Origin: Blasia pusilla | Lineage: Eukaryota | Direction: 5' to 3' | DNA length: 64,000 nucleotides | NCBI GenBank assembly: GCA_050084515.1 | Contig: CM114271.1 | Location: forward strand, 19,468,001-19,532,000 | Shown here: in pieces, positions 25,930-39,232 of the stretch | How the letters are laid out: the number at the start of each line of letters is the position of its first letter | Numbering within the stretch: the first letter of the stretch is position 1 | Position numbers and translations under genes: made by a program | The notes under the pieces: model-generated | Told to the model about the DNA's origin: nothing | Seen by the model: only the letters and a program-made list of their open reading frames with translations | The model's database searches: none

Positions 25930-27930
25930 CTAATTTGATTCATCATCAGATATACGTATTATCAGTGTAGACGTCTCACCACCTCTTCCTTCTCTTCCCC
26001 TAGGTCTAGTCATGCGCATCCCCCCTCCACGAGAAATAGTCATCTCCAACTCAACATCGGTTTCACCATCATCTGTTTCTTGTGTTGGCTGTGTTAGTAA
26101 TATCTCCCTCTCTTTCTCGGAGAACCCAAAGAGTTCCTCTTGCATTCAATGAGGGTAATGGTATGTTCGAGGATATCCCCCTTCCATCCTTTGAAGAATA
26201 TCTTGTCATAAGAAATGTGAAAAAATCAATTCGAGTCTCCTCAAGATAAGGTCATCCACCAATAGATTTTGATGATGCTTTAGCACAAGTTGTCTAATTG
26301 TGTCGAGGGCCTCCCGAACTTCTTTTAGATTCAATCTCTAAGCAAAGAAGACGTTTTCTGCCTCTTGATTTTGGAGATCTATGGCAGTTCCGTGAATAAG
26401 GTCTCCTCGATCATATATGTCAATAAAATGGACCAGCCACACTCGCATAGCCCAATCAATCCTTTGTTGAGGTAGGATTTCTACGTGAACCACCCTATCT
26501 ATGTTCACTTCGAGGTTGTAGTTGGATCGGGGGCTAAGAAAGTGAGATTTTCTTGCTCTTGGGTTCGCTTACGATACAAAGGTAGTACAATGCTATGAGG
26601 AGTGCAGAAATATATGCCAAAAAGGTGATAGAGTCTTCATGAACAAGCTTGTCTACAAGTTGGATACTTGTGAGATAGTAGCATAGCCGTTTGAAGATAA
26701 TATGGATGTCAATAACAAGTTGTACATGTGTCTGTCACGTAGCTACCTTCTGCAACAATGGGATTGAAGCAAGTCATGCATTTGGGCCAGTTGTTTGGCA
26801 TGAGGGCTCCTCCTTCAATTACAGCGATTGCCTTCATCCAATCAGGAAGATCTTGCACTTGTGGGCTTAGATTGAGAGGTGTTGGGGCCAACATCGAAGA
26901 AGCATAGTTGGCAGCATTTGGATCCACAACATTGTCCCATATAGCGCGTAGAGTAGGAGGCCACAATTACTCAATAGGTTGAAATAAGATCATATTAAGC
27001 TCCTTCACAAGATGACCCTCAAGTAGAATTTTCTCGGGGGTGAGTTCTCCCACGTTACCCCTTGCTCTCTATTGCAACATTTCATCCATTTCTTGCTTCC
27101 ATCTTGCCATGAGGTAATGATATCCCCTCCTCCACTACTCTGTGTGGTCAACCATTATAGCTCTTTTTCTTCTATGGATGTCATCGCTGGCAATGGATTC
27201 ATTCACGATCCTCTCCATCTCGCTATTAAGTCTGTCGTGCTCCTTACATAATTGTTGATACTCCCCCTTTAAAATGTCAAATTCTAATTCTAAATCAAAT
27301 GTTCGTTGGGAATTTGTTACTAAACTCTCCAACTATGATAGACAAGAAAGAACCTCGCTATAATCCGGAGCATTCTCCCCACAAAATTCTTGTTCAAGGA
27401 ACAACAGTGCTATGTACAAGACGATTAGAACTCTCTTTGGGCCCATCAAAGCTTATATTACGACCTACATTAAGGTCATTCAAAACATCTTGTCTATCCT
27501 TCAAATCCTCCATCCCCATCTTCACTCACCCTTCATCTTCACTCTCCTCATGCATCTCTTCTCCGGTAAGCCGATTTCTTATGCGTCCATCCAAGGAAGA
27601 TAGTATGCCTCTAAGGCTTCTTGACAATCCACCTTGCTCGATATTGGCCTGATAACGCTCATAGTGACGAAGTTCCCACTCTTGGTCATTTTGACTATGG
27701 TGGAGGGTTATTCTATCTTCAACTCTTTGCTCAATCCACATTGCCATACTGAACCTCCATGTCCTTCATCAACTCAGCAATTTTGAGCTGGACAAATAAC
27801 TTGCTCATTAATTTCCTCTTCTTTGTAGGGAGGTCTTCATAATTTGGAAGGCCATTGAATAAGGCCCAATCCTTTCTCCATTCATTTTCTTCCACTTTTT
27901 GGGCTAGATGCGGTCTTTGCAAGCGAGTCT
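25930..27930 (-). pseudogene. Decayed ORF with a coiled-coil/acidic region and a RING-like Zn finger, probably TE-borne
   Basis: Co-directional protein-like fragments; at ~26600-26780 CMTCFNP..EGSY..DTCTTCY*HPYYL...SHKYPTCRQAC..RLYHLFG, where reversing G>A changes (TAT>TGT, TGA>TGG) gives RING-like spacing. Confidence 0.6.
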
Positions 27931-29499
27931 GAGCCCGCCACGTGGTCGCTTTCTATTAGCAATATGAAAATGAGATACGACGCAGTCTCGTGACCCGAAA
28001 GTGGGCCAAAATTGAGGCTGCTTCCGATTGGGGGGATAACATTAGTATAGGGCGTGCTGTCGTATAGTAAAATCATCCACTATGTAAACTCCTCTCTTAT
28101 CATGGAGATATATTTATAAGTATTAAGTAATATAGCTTTATAAAATGTAATTCTCATGTTTAAACCTCTTTATGATATCTCATTTGTGCAAGCCAAACTT
28201 TAAGAAAAAAAGGTAATCAAGCAGATATGGGAGCATAAAAGTAAAGTAATGGGGTTGGTGTATTAATGAAAGAAAAGAAAATTTAATCTTGGTCGATGGC
28301 TAGGGTAGTTTCATTAGTTTGGAGGATATGAAATGAGTTGATGAGGATATTTTGGAGTAGATAACATATAATCCACTTGTATCAAAATGGGATTATTTAA
28401 GTCCTAAGAGGAAATCATGGTAGAGAAGATAAGCTCTATTTTGTACGCTTATGGATACCTTGTCAAAATGTAAAGAGGAGGGACTTCAAGGATTCATCAC
28501 CTTCTACTTCATTTCTTAAGTTTCTCGTGTCACTCATGATCGGATGGTATTGGACTTGCTTGCTCTTCCAATGAGAGTGGATTATCCTTCTTGGGTAACT
28601 TGACCATGGTCTTTTCTTCAAGAGTTTTCTAGAGTCTAATATGCGTGGAAATGGTTAGTTGGAGAGACTTATAATCTTATAAGAGTTTGTTATACTAGGG
28701 ATGGTGGATGGTTTTGGCTTGTTATTTTCCCAATAAGAGTGGATTTCCCAAGAGTTGGAGTTGGAGTTGCTCTCCCAAGAGGGAAATCCACTCTTGGGAG
28801 AGCAACTCTGCCAACACCTATTGTTGAGGAAAATAGAGGATGTCCGTCAACTATGGATAGAGGTGGAGCACGAGTATTACCCGATTTTCCTTTTCTTAAC
28901 CTATACCATATAAAGGTTCTATTTGTACATAAGAATTGGTTTACTTGCTACCTAATCTATCAATATGGGGAGGCATTCATGAACCAGATCATCCAATCTC
29001 CAATTCTGGTGATACTCGTTATTGGCACGTACGGAAGGACATAGAATTGTTCTTTGTATGTCCTTATATAGCAATCCATGGATATTAATAGGTTTTCTTG
29101 AGGAGGGTTTAACACCGTTTGTACCATTTTTCTTGTGTACAAGCGTAAAATAGTTTACAGGGACTTCATAGTTATGAATTTCGAGGTTAAATATTATGAA
29201 GAAGTCATCGCCTCAACACTACCATTCGTGGTTCCTATTGTGGAAGAATGGAGAGTGTATATAATAATTCTGGATTGAAAAGGAGAACTTCTTAGAGAGT
29301 TTACATTACATCAACGTCTGTCGCAACTAGAACGTCCGCCCTTACTCAAAGAAAAACTTTTAACACGATAAATTATGCTTCCATTAAGAGCTCTTTCAGG
29401 CGGTAGATTGTGTTTAGTGAGTTGAATTTTTATCAACATGACATTTTTTAATAGTACTTCATCAATGAGAGCTGAGGATCTTCTCTAAACTTTGACAAG

Positions 29500-32195
29500 A
29501 TTGTTGAGCCAACAAATTTGAGTTCATTTGAGAGAGAAAAGATCAACAAAGGCTCTCCAAGCGATTGTAAAGAAGTTGGGGAGATTTGATGGGAGGAACA
29601 TGACCAAGTATGTTCGAGAGTACATCTGTGAGATGAAGGTAAACCGTATTTCTGAAGATGATATAGTGTCAAATTTTGAATTAGATGTGATACTAGAGAT
29701 TTGTAGTCAAGTAAAAAAAATTGAGAGGTGAAAATCCAACCTTGTGGGAGGAATATGAGAAATTGATGAAAGGAGAATTCTTAGATAATGATGTGGATTG
29801 GATGACCAAGAGGAGTTTCTTAGAATGGATAGAGCAATGTCGAGGGAAAGGAATGACTCTTAATGAATTATTGCGTGAGTTTAAGAAGCGGTTTATCTAA
29901 CTATCTTCTTCCGAAGGGGCAACTCTAGACTTGAGGAGAACCAAGCTATTCCTTGAGGCGGCTTATGAGAATTTGGAGGACAAGCTTTTCATAATGTTGG
30001 CGGATAAGACCAAAGAAGGAGGTGTAAGCACAAATTGGAAGAAAGTAGAAGGAGTTGTTGCAATCCTCACAAAGCACAGTCGAGGTAGAGATAGAACCGC
30101 AAAGTCAAAGGTATCAATTCCAACTCCCTTGCCTAAGCCTGTGTCAAAAAACTCAAAGATTCTGCCATTGATGAATTGGTGAAAGGTTTGAGAGAGTTGA
30201 GAGTAGAAATAGCTTAGCTTAAACGTGATAGGAATCATAGGAATCTTAGTGTTGCACTATTGGTGCTTCTTCAACAAGTAGGAACTTTATGAAAAGATGC
30301 ATACGGTATGATAGTATTGAGCATCAACCTTGGAAATGTGAAGAGTTCTCAGAAGCTCTTAAGAATGGAATTTTAAATTTCAAATATGGAAAGATTCATT
30401 CAACACATACTATTGTGCCGTTGAGTACAAGCTTGGGTAGAGGAGGAATGACGAGCTTAGTGAGAGGTCAAGTAGGAGTTGCCACTATGGTATTAGATTT
30501 TGATACCTTTGCAATGAAGAAAGAAGCACATATTGTGTCAGTAGGTAAGAGTGAATCGCCACAGTTTCCTTGAGAATTGATGCTACGAGGGGCAAAGACT
30601 ATCCGTCATCTAATTGGATGGGATGATCATGTGGAAGTTGGGTGTGTTAAAGCATAATTATCACAAGAGAAAGAGAGTTGGCAAGATACAAGTATGGAGG
30701 AGAAGAGAAGACATAACAATGATGGTGTTGATCGTGAAGAAGTTGCAAGAAGAGCGAGAACCACGAGAAGGAAAGGAAAACTAGAGGTGCAGCCATCAAG
30801 AGAAGAAGGGCCTTCCATATTTGAATCTATAATAAATTTTCATAGCAAAGAAGCAAGGATGAAGGAGAAAGAATTGAAGTGTCCTCAGAAGACGAAGGAT
30901 TACACTCCTACAGTATGTTATCAAGACAAGCACGAATTTTAAGGAGACTCTTAAGGAGAAGATTTTGGATGCAAAAATAGAATTTTTTTCTTTGAGGGAA
31001 GTCTTGGGGATAGCCAAACGTGAATTTCATGAGTAAATCATAGATGTGATCAAGAAAAAAAGACAAAGGACTGCAGATATAGTGATAGTGAGGGCATTGG
31101 ATACCGACATCACAAAAGCTTGGCCAAGTTTTTGGAGGCAGACGAAGAGCTTGGCCAAGTTTTTGGAGAAAGGTTTGACTTACAAGGAGAAGAGGCGAGA
31201 GTAGGAGATGCTTTAACCGAACAAGCTGAAGAAAGACACAATGGTGATCACTATTCTTGATCCTATTGGGCACGTGTAACGATGGAGGCCAGAGTTCAAC
31301 TTGGCTCTCTCCAAGAGTCAATTTTGGCTACTAGTTAGCATGTCCGTGCTATTCACAAAAAGATCTATTTTTGTAAATAATTATTAGAGAAAAAATGAAA
31401 TTAAAGAGTTGACATTATTTTTTAACCCACTCCTCACATACATAAAATCACCGCTAAATCACTCCCCCCATAAATATAATCCCGATCAATCAAACTAAAC
31501 CCCACTACTTCCTACAATAAATACTACTAAGTTTTAACCCATTCCTCACATACATAAAATCACAACTAAACCACTCTCCCATAAATATAACTTCCCCCAA
31601 TCAAATTAAACCCCACTACTTCTTACAGTAATGACTATCCAAAAATAATTATTTATTCTCAAATCCATAGCAATTTACAAAATAAATACACGAAAGAAAA
31701 ATAGTACCATATTATTATCTTGTCCTATTATGGTTGCTATCTTATCTTATCCTACTTGTGGGATTGCGTATCATAGTATGGATTGTTGATCATGGTTCGG
31801 AGATCAATATTATGTCAAGAAGTGTATACGACCAAGGGATATGGCCAATTAATATAAGCCATGGATGGGTACTACGTGCGTCTAATAATAAAAAATGTGA
31901 ACTCTATGGTGCTTGCCCAACTATTAAAACCCGCATTGGAGATGTGTTGATTGAGAAAAATATCTTAGTTCAAAATGGAGGTCGTTATCTTATGATTTTT
32001 GGGCAACCCTACATCACAACATCTAGAATGGAGATCAAAGTGATGGATGATGGATCTCATTATGCCCGTGTTAGAAGTCAGGATGGAACGAGATCAGTTC
32101 AATCCCTTATTGTGCGAGTAGGTCATGAATGGAATAGGGAGAAATTGAGAGATGGTCCTATGAAGGTAGAAAAAAAATTTTCGGTTTTTAGTTAG
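29500..32195 (+). pseudogene. Degenerate gag and aspartic protease of family B
   Basis: Protease ESILA|IVDHGSEINIMS...ELYGACP...IFGQPY...DDGSHYARVRSQDG, split by a Helitron insertion; many stops. Confidence 0.82.
31331..31782 (-). mobile_element. Non-autonomous Helitron (452 bp)
   Basis: Minus strand: 5' TCCATACTAT, 3' eroded hairpin plus CTAG, inserted between A and T with no TSD. Excision restores GCT ATT GTT GAT CAT GGT (A-I-V-D-H-G). Contains an internal ~112-bp tandem duplication (~31420-31640). Confidence 0.88.
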
Positions 32196-32649
32196 CACTC
32201 CTGTAGAGCGGAAATAGGGGGGTGTACAAGAAAGAAAGAGTCTTCCCTAGCATAGTGGGAAGAATCATACATGTTTAGATGTGGGTTTTCTCAATGTTTT
32301 TCTTCATGGTCTAGAAGATTCCAAATGACGAGAGAAATGAATGAGAAGAAAAGACAATTTATGAAAAAAAAGGGTTTGTTAAAATGTAAGGGTGTTTTAT
32401 TAGATGAAGAGTTCATTAGTGCGATGTATAAAGAAGAGGTTTTGGAGATAGTCTTGAGGCGGTGTTCACCCAAATGAGCACCCATTCTTTGGGTACAACC
32501 TAAGGATACTTACAATTTACTAGCGTAAGTTACATGAAAAAATAACAAGGTTCATGGATGAAGAAGATGAATATCATTCTTTGAAGGGAGCGGATGTGCA
32601 TGAGTTCGAGGCAGAAAAACATCCCATGGAGGCACGAGTGCACACAATC

Positions 32650-33954
32650 ACAATCCACCAAACGTGGCGCCCCCTAAATCCACAAAACCCACCACACAAT
32701 TCTAACGCAATAGCTACTCCGCCGTGGGTCGATGACGTGCTAGTCGGACTCACAGCACCTGAAAATATCACCTGCATGGAGAGGCTACACCATACTATGC
32801 GCTAGAGGTCCATCAACCAAAAAACTTGAGATGCATAAAGCGCCTAACACATCTCCGAACAGCACCAAATGAGCTACACCAGTGTATACACTAGCATAGT
32901 TAAGAACTCAGCAGTTAAGCGTCTTCCAGGCAGAATAGCCCAAAGATGGGTGACCAGTTATGCAACACTCATCACAAATCCTGCAAAAACTGCCTCATGC
33001 CCAAGCAAGCAAGCTTGCTTGCTTTCTTGCTCCTTGCTCCTTACTCCGCCTCTCACGCCCACTCGCCCCGAGCTACCTCGAGTTGCCTCGAAGCCTCAAT
33101 TGACCACCATAGCTATCTCTCAATAACAAATCATTACAACTGAGCTCTGTACTCCGAGCTATAAATCAGACAAACTTGTTGTCCATACACTTCCAGAATC
33201 GCAAATCCGACAGCGCTTCCGCCCAGATTCAAGCACGCAAAATCCGCAATGCTCCACACACTCAAGTAGATAGCTTCACATGAGATCACAATACAAGTAG
33301 CAACAGGAACCTCTCACCCGATTAGAGCTTCAGCACTCCAAGCTCTCCACATCAGAAAACCGTCGAACACGAACCAAAATCTTCAATCCTTGATAACTTC
33401 CAACTCTCTTGACGAAATCCGGCGATCTAAAGCGTGTTGGAAAGCTCTTAGCAAGGCGCTTCTTTCCCAACCAATCATGCACCAGATTCCCACCTCCAAA
33501 ATAGGACACAAGCCATGAACATCCATGGCTGAGTACACAATCAACCCTAACCAGATCCTACTGATCCACAATCAAAGCTACCATCGATCTACTCTAGTTC
33601 TTTCAGTGAAATCCGTGAAAGACCTACCGTCATAAAACACATATAGAATCACATAAAATCGAGCCAAACCCACTCCACAATGAGAGAATCCAGGTCGAAG
33701 CTTGCGGGAACCACCATAGCCAAAAGCTCTACTCACTACCAAGGCTAACTCCCAACGCAACAGGCTCAACTCAAAAAACTAACTGTTCTTTGAGTGCACT
33801 CCATACTATATCCTCCAACCTAAGAGCGGGCCCTATTGGAAAAGTCACCCTCAACTGAGTAACCCCCAACCCTATGTATGAAACCGCATCTCTACCTAGA
33901 CAATACGTCCCTACATAAGGTATGGCCTCTACTAGCACACTATGCTCTACGACA
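32650..33954. mobile_element. Possible LTR fragment of a further family
   Basis: Composition changes abruptly where element B stops; ends in ...CTACGACA, the same terminal motif as families A-C. No second copy in the window. Confidence 0.3.
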
Positions 33955-34420
33955 TAATCCGTATGGTCTTGACATCTTATAAAACGATCTTACTTAGTTT
34001 TGCTAGTTATGTTGGTGAACTATAACATTTCATATTAGCTAGTTATGAAGAGGGGTTTCTTGATAATATGATTGATTATTTTAGGTAAATATTATGATTT
34101 TTTTGGGAAGTAAGTAGCATGGAAGCACACTTTTACTTCCAAGAAATTAATATATATTACCATAAATAACTAAATTTATGTATAGTTAATGAGTTCTCCA
34201 TGATGCATGCCCTAAGATAGCTCATCGTCTATACATGTACCTTGAGCCCCTTGAGAAGGAGTTATACATCTTATGGGGAGGAGGAGTTCCAATCGTGGAT
34301 AGGAGCATTGATGGCCTTGAAGAGACAAGGGTTTCTAGAGTTAAGGTCATATTGCTATGGACTATGCATGATGCATCTAATAATGATTCTTGATCGCCAC
34401 ATATTCCTATGGCTATTATG

Positions 34421-34821
34421 TGTTGGATTCTTAACATCGACTTCTCTCAATATCATTAATCTGATCGGCCCCCTTATAGAAGAAGAAGCCTAGACTGATG
34501 GTACCAACTTAGACGTCGATGGAGTCATAGTAGTATGACACAGGTGGTTTATGGAGTAGCGTTACTAGGATTATCTAACCCTATATTTCATCAGGGTTTA
34601 TTTCTATAAATAGAAACAAAAAGAATAGGTAAAAAACCCTAGTTTCTTGAGTAGTGAAAGGGTCGGGAGCCGCAGCGGTAGCGCATTCTTGTATGTCAAG
34701 TTATCTCCATGTTCATGTTCCATCGAAGCTCTTCTATGAGCGCACAGAGGAACCAGACCACTTTGTATCTCCAAGATTTGTAACATATTTTAGTGATTTC
34801 GTCACATTTTGTTTTCTCAAA
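34421..34821 (+). mobile_element. Solo LTR, family D, inside the CACTA remnant
   Basis: Exact 5-bp TSD TTATG (34416-34420 / 34822-34826); homologous to 15668-16117; TATA-like CTATAAATAG near 34604. Confidence 0.86.
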
Positions 34822-34919
34822 TTATGCTCATCTAGGATGACATAAAACCCAAGTAAGTAGACTAAAACTATCCACATGCTCACTGAATATTGGATAACTC
34901 TAACTTTGGACTCTACAAG

Positions 34920-35174
34920 CCTTGCGCCTATTCATCCTCAGGTTAGCTCAGCCAAATTTAGACTCATGCAAAAGGCTCGTGCAAAACTAGCCTCCTTGAG
35001 CATGCTCGAACTTGGACTTGGTCCTCCGCAATCAACGCACCATCCACTCCACTAGAGTTCCCTGCATGTTAAGTACGGTATTAATAAATGTTTTAATATG
35101 TTACCTAAAATAGAACCTGAGACATCAGGATCTTGACCCCGGGTTAACTAACCCAAGGATGAATAGGCGCGAGG
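34920..35174. mobile_element. MITE, 255 bp, 27-bp TIRs, 8-bp TSD
   Basis: TIRs CCTTGCGCCTATTCATCCTCAGGTTAG / CTAACCCAAGGATGAATAGGCGCGAGG (24/27 match); exact TSD TCTACAAG (34912-34919 / 35175-35182). Confidence 0.9.
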
Positions 35175-38100
35175 TCTACAAGTTATGGATGCGTATCAAT
35201 TTTGCACGTTTCAGGTAAGTTAACATGTTCGCCCTATGGACCTGGGTTGGAGGTTGTATATTGCTAAGAGTCAAGGGCCACCATATATCTGGCTACAAGC
35301 AGGTATTTGCCTCGTACACATCTTATGAGGGTACGTGGACTTGGCAGAAAAATCAAGGGACAACGCTAAGATCCCATGGACTATGTCGCATGTGGATTTC
35401 TTGGTGCATGAAGATCGAGTTCATACGTAGGGGTGCTATTTCTTGAACAAGTAGTGGAATTAAGCATCTCCTTCATTCATGTTGGGTTAGAGTTATTGGC
35501 TCATCGATTTAACCCGAGAGGTTGGCATAGCAAAACCTATGCATTGTAGATGGATATATTTTGTGGAGAGTAACACGCGTCAACTAAAGGGCTTGATAAG
35601 GAACTAGACATGAATGGAGGGGAGTATGGCTCAGGGATACATGTTGGGTAAGATCATGTTGTACACATCCGAGTTGTTGGGTCGCCTCCACATTGCCGCT
35701 CTACTCTCATGGATATCTAGGTTAATGGATGATGAGGACGGTGATGATGCCATCGATGAGCTACCATATAAGGATGACATCCATGAGATACCATACAAGG
35801 ATGATTCTCTTGCAATAGAAGGAATCCTTGGTTTTATGATTTATGTGAATCAGATATCACCATTCATCACTTATAATGGTTGGTTATTTATCAATAAAAA
35901 ATCCAAGTCACATCTTCTATGTGGTTCGGATGACTAGCACATTTTTATAAGAAGGCACTAAAACTTGAGTTATACTATCATGAGTGTCACATCATGCAGA
36001 TGACGTGGCAAGTGGTTCAATGGTATGGACTAAATGATAAAACATTTCCATCCATCCATATGCCCCATCCTCTATTCGTTATCTCTATCCATATGTTGTA
36101 CCCTCCATCCACATCTCTTTCACCTTCCCTCCATTCATCAACCTGATCCATCTATCCTAATCCCTAATCCATCAATCCAATAACTCCATCCGTCCATATG
36201 CCTTATCATCCGTCTATCCATCAACTTGATCTTCATCTATCAACCCCATCCATCATCTTCGTCTGATTACCCTCCATCTAGTAATTCCATATGTCCATAA
36301 CCTATCCACGTTCATTATCTTAATCATCCAAAAGATGTCTTGGACAAGATTCAAACCTACACCACTAGTCTAACAATGAAATGTTCTACCAGTAACCCGC
36401 ACATTATTACATGCATAAGTGTTATAAATTTAAATACATATATGAAGATTATTTTTCCTTTTGTGCACAATATCATTTCTACTTTGGAAAACTCATATTT
36501 GGATTATTTTATCTTACAAGTAATTATTATATTGAAATTATTTTTTATGTCTTCGATGATCAATAATTTCATATCTAGCGTATTAAATATTTGAAATATT
36601 GAAAATAATATTTGATATTAATCCTTAAAATATAATAGATCATATGAGATAATACTAAAATTATTCACGTAATTCAACAACATAATTTTTATCCTATTTA
36701 GAAAAATCACCCCTTTTTATAAAAGAAAATCATTGATGTTATTTCTATGCATCTTCTTCCACTCGAACATCAACAAAATGAATTCAATTATTAGTGTGTT
36801 GGTCAATATTTATTGTATTTAAATTTAAAATAAATGATAATTTGTATGCATAAAATCTATGGATTTTCCTAAGCTAATGAGACTCTATGTTCAATGAAAA
36901 TTGAAATTCTTTTGAATTTTTTTAGAAATCAGATAATATAATAATATCTCAACCCTTTGACTTATCCAATAACATTTTTATGGTAAGATAGAAAAAAATT
37001 CAATTTGAATGTTGTATAATCCTCGAAATTTTGGAGGTGTGGAAAACAATTTAGTTGCAAGCTCTTCAATACTTAACATCTTTTAGGAATAAGATAGTAA
37101 AATAAAAATAAGAGTGAAATGTCCAAATATGGATTTCTAATTTTAGACAAAAATGAAAATTTTCACATAAGTAGAAAAAATATTCATGCATCCTTTAGTT
37201 CTAATCACATAGGTTATCAAAAAATAGTAAAACTATAATATGACTTTGAGTTATGTTACAATATATCTCTTAAAGTTTATCATGTTATTCAAAAAAGTAT
37301 AAGTTTGCATTATTGGATAGCCTCAATGTGGAGAGAGGTCACCAAGGAAATATTAATATATTTTAACTACGAAGATAATTCCATTAGGTAAAAATAATTA
37401 ACTATAATAAATTCGCATAATTGGAGATTCTAACATCATATCATTTCTTGTTTTAGGCTTATATAAGTAATACGAGAAGAAAATTTTACATTTGATGACT
37501 TTGATATATGACAAGATTTAGTCATTGATGATATTGAATGACTCATACAATCATAGAAACCAAATGATTACAAATAATGATTAAGGCTACCTAATCATTA
37601 ACAAATCACTAACACCTAAGAAAACAAAACTAGGCACTGATCATTTTTCCATTATCTATCCATCAATTTCCTATTTTCCGTCCTAGTATATCCACGCTCC
37701 AAAAATCCATTCTATTGGCCCTTCCTCGCTCCTTCCTCCTCCATCCATTCTGCAATCCATCAATTGCAAATTGTTCTATTTTCCATATGTCCTCCTTTCA
37801 TACATCTCATTGTCCTTCCTACATCTACTATGAAAACTTAAAGGGTGTAGGATTTGAACTTTAACCACCTTCACTAAAATAAGAGTCATAACAACTATCC
37901 CATGCGCTTGTACATGTAAGAAAAAAAACTCATTGAAATCCATTAATACGAATCGCATGCCACATTATTAATTCATATTTTAAAAATTACGGGGCCATCT
38001 AATCCCTACAAACTAGAAAATTAAATTACAAATTATAAGATAAGTGAAATTTTCTATCATACATTAAATCTAGGATTCCAAAATTTATTAAAATAAATTC

Positions 38101-38566
38101 ATCCTGCCAAAAATAAACATTGAGTTTGATGGTGTTAGTCTTGATGCATACTCTTTCGTTTTTCCTTAAATTCATCATTTTCTTTTGAAAATACAAGAGT
38201 CTTTATATATGCACTAGAAGAACCATATGGATATTCTTAAGAAATGACACTCAAAATGCAAAATAATTTTTTATCATGGAAAAGAAAACGTATCTTTTAT
38301 TTGATCCATATCTATGAAGGTTATGAAAGAAAACATATCTTTTATTAGATCAATATTGTGAGGTCAATTGTAATATTCATAGCAAAATTTCCTTCTTACT
38401 AAAGCTTATAAAAATATTTAATGTTATTTTTTGTAATAAATTTAATATTAAATTTCAAACCATTTCGTTTAAATGACGTTTCTTATAAAGTATTTGATGA
38501 TATTTAGATGATTTGATAAATAATTTTCATATGTATAATATATGACTATAATTTCTTCATAAATCA

Positions 38567-38910
38567 CTAGAGGGTTGTCCATGGTATGCAGGAATGATCT
38601 TCAAATCTTTAAAAGCCTCCTTTCCTTATCCATTTAATTGTCTCACCTTAATTGAACTTGTTTTCCTAAAGTGGCATATGTCACACCCTAAGAACCCTTA
38701 GAGGACAGGTGTCAACAAATGAGGAGGTTTTTTTTCAAACCCCGTCCTCTTTTAATTATATGGAAGGGACTAACCATGACGCACAAAATTTCAAAAAAAA
38801 AATTCTTACTATCTATATTATGAGAAAATTTTCCTACCACCCAATTGCCACATGTTAAGCAGACATTTGTTTGCAAATCAAGAAGACACTCTCCAATAAT
38901 AATATTGATT
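38567..38910 (-). mobile_element. Helitron 3' end (eroded) and adjacent repeat module, copy 3 of 4
   Basis: ACTAGAGGGTTG matches the cleaner terminus at 53301; 38760-38910 is similar to 41945-42095 in reverse complement. Confidence 0.55.
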
Positions 38911-39134
38911 ATGTGTATCCCATATTCATGAAATATCATATGTCTGTCAGTGTCAAAACTCTAATATGTGTAGAAATTTTAAAGATAGAAATGTCCATGC
39001 ATATACAAAATTTATTGAAAATTTTAAATGTGTGAACCAACTATTTTTTTCAAACAAACCTTCTTTTTCTTGAAAAATGCCACTTTTTTGGATGTCGTAT
39101 TACTCAAGGAAAAAACCAAAGGGACAAAATCCAA

Positions 39135-39136
<2 letters not shown>

Positions 39137-39230
<94 letters not shown>
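39137..39230. repeat. (AT)47 microsatellite
   Basis: Direct reading. Confidence 0.98.

Positions 39231-39232
<2 letters not shown>

Larger units (their letters stand above)
28058..32646 (+). mobile_element. Gypsy-like family B element, 3'-truncated (5' LTR 28058-29370, gag, protease)
   Basis: LTR TGTCGTATAG...ACACGATA is the reverse complement of 6336-7614, followed by gag-like LGRFDGRNMTKYVREY, an eroded knuckle RCIRYDSIEHQPWKC and a protease. No RT is present, so the Gypsy assignment rests on remembered resemblance of gag and protease. Confidence 0.82.
34230..35730 (+). pseudogene. CACTA (En/Spm) transposase remnant
   Basis: MYLEPLEKELYILWGGGV and VILLWTMHD (Transposase_21-like, ~34235-34372); WLIDLTREVGIAKPMHCRWIYFVES...LKGLIRN..MEGSMAQGY (DUF4218-like, ~35495-35645). 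Confidence 0.82.
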
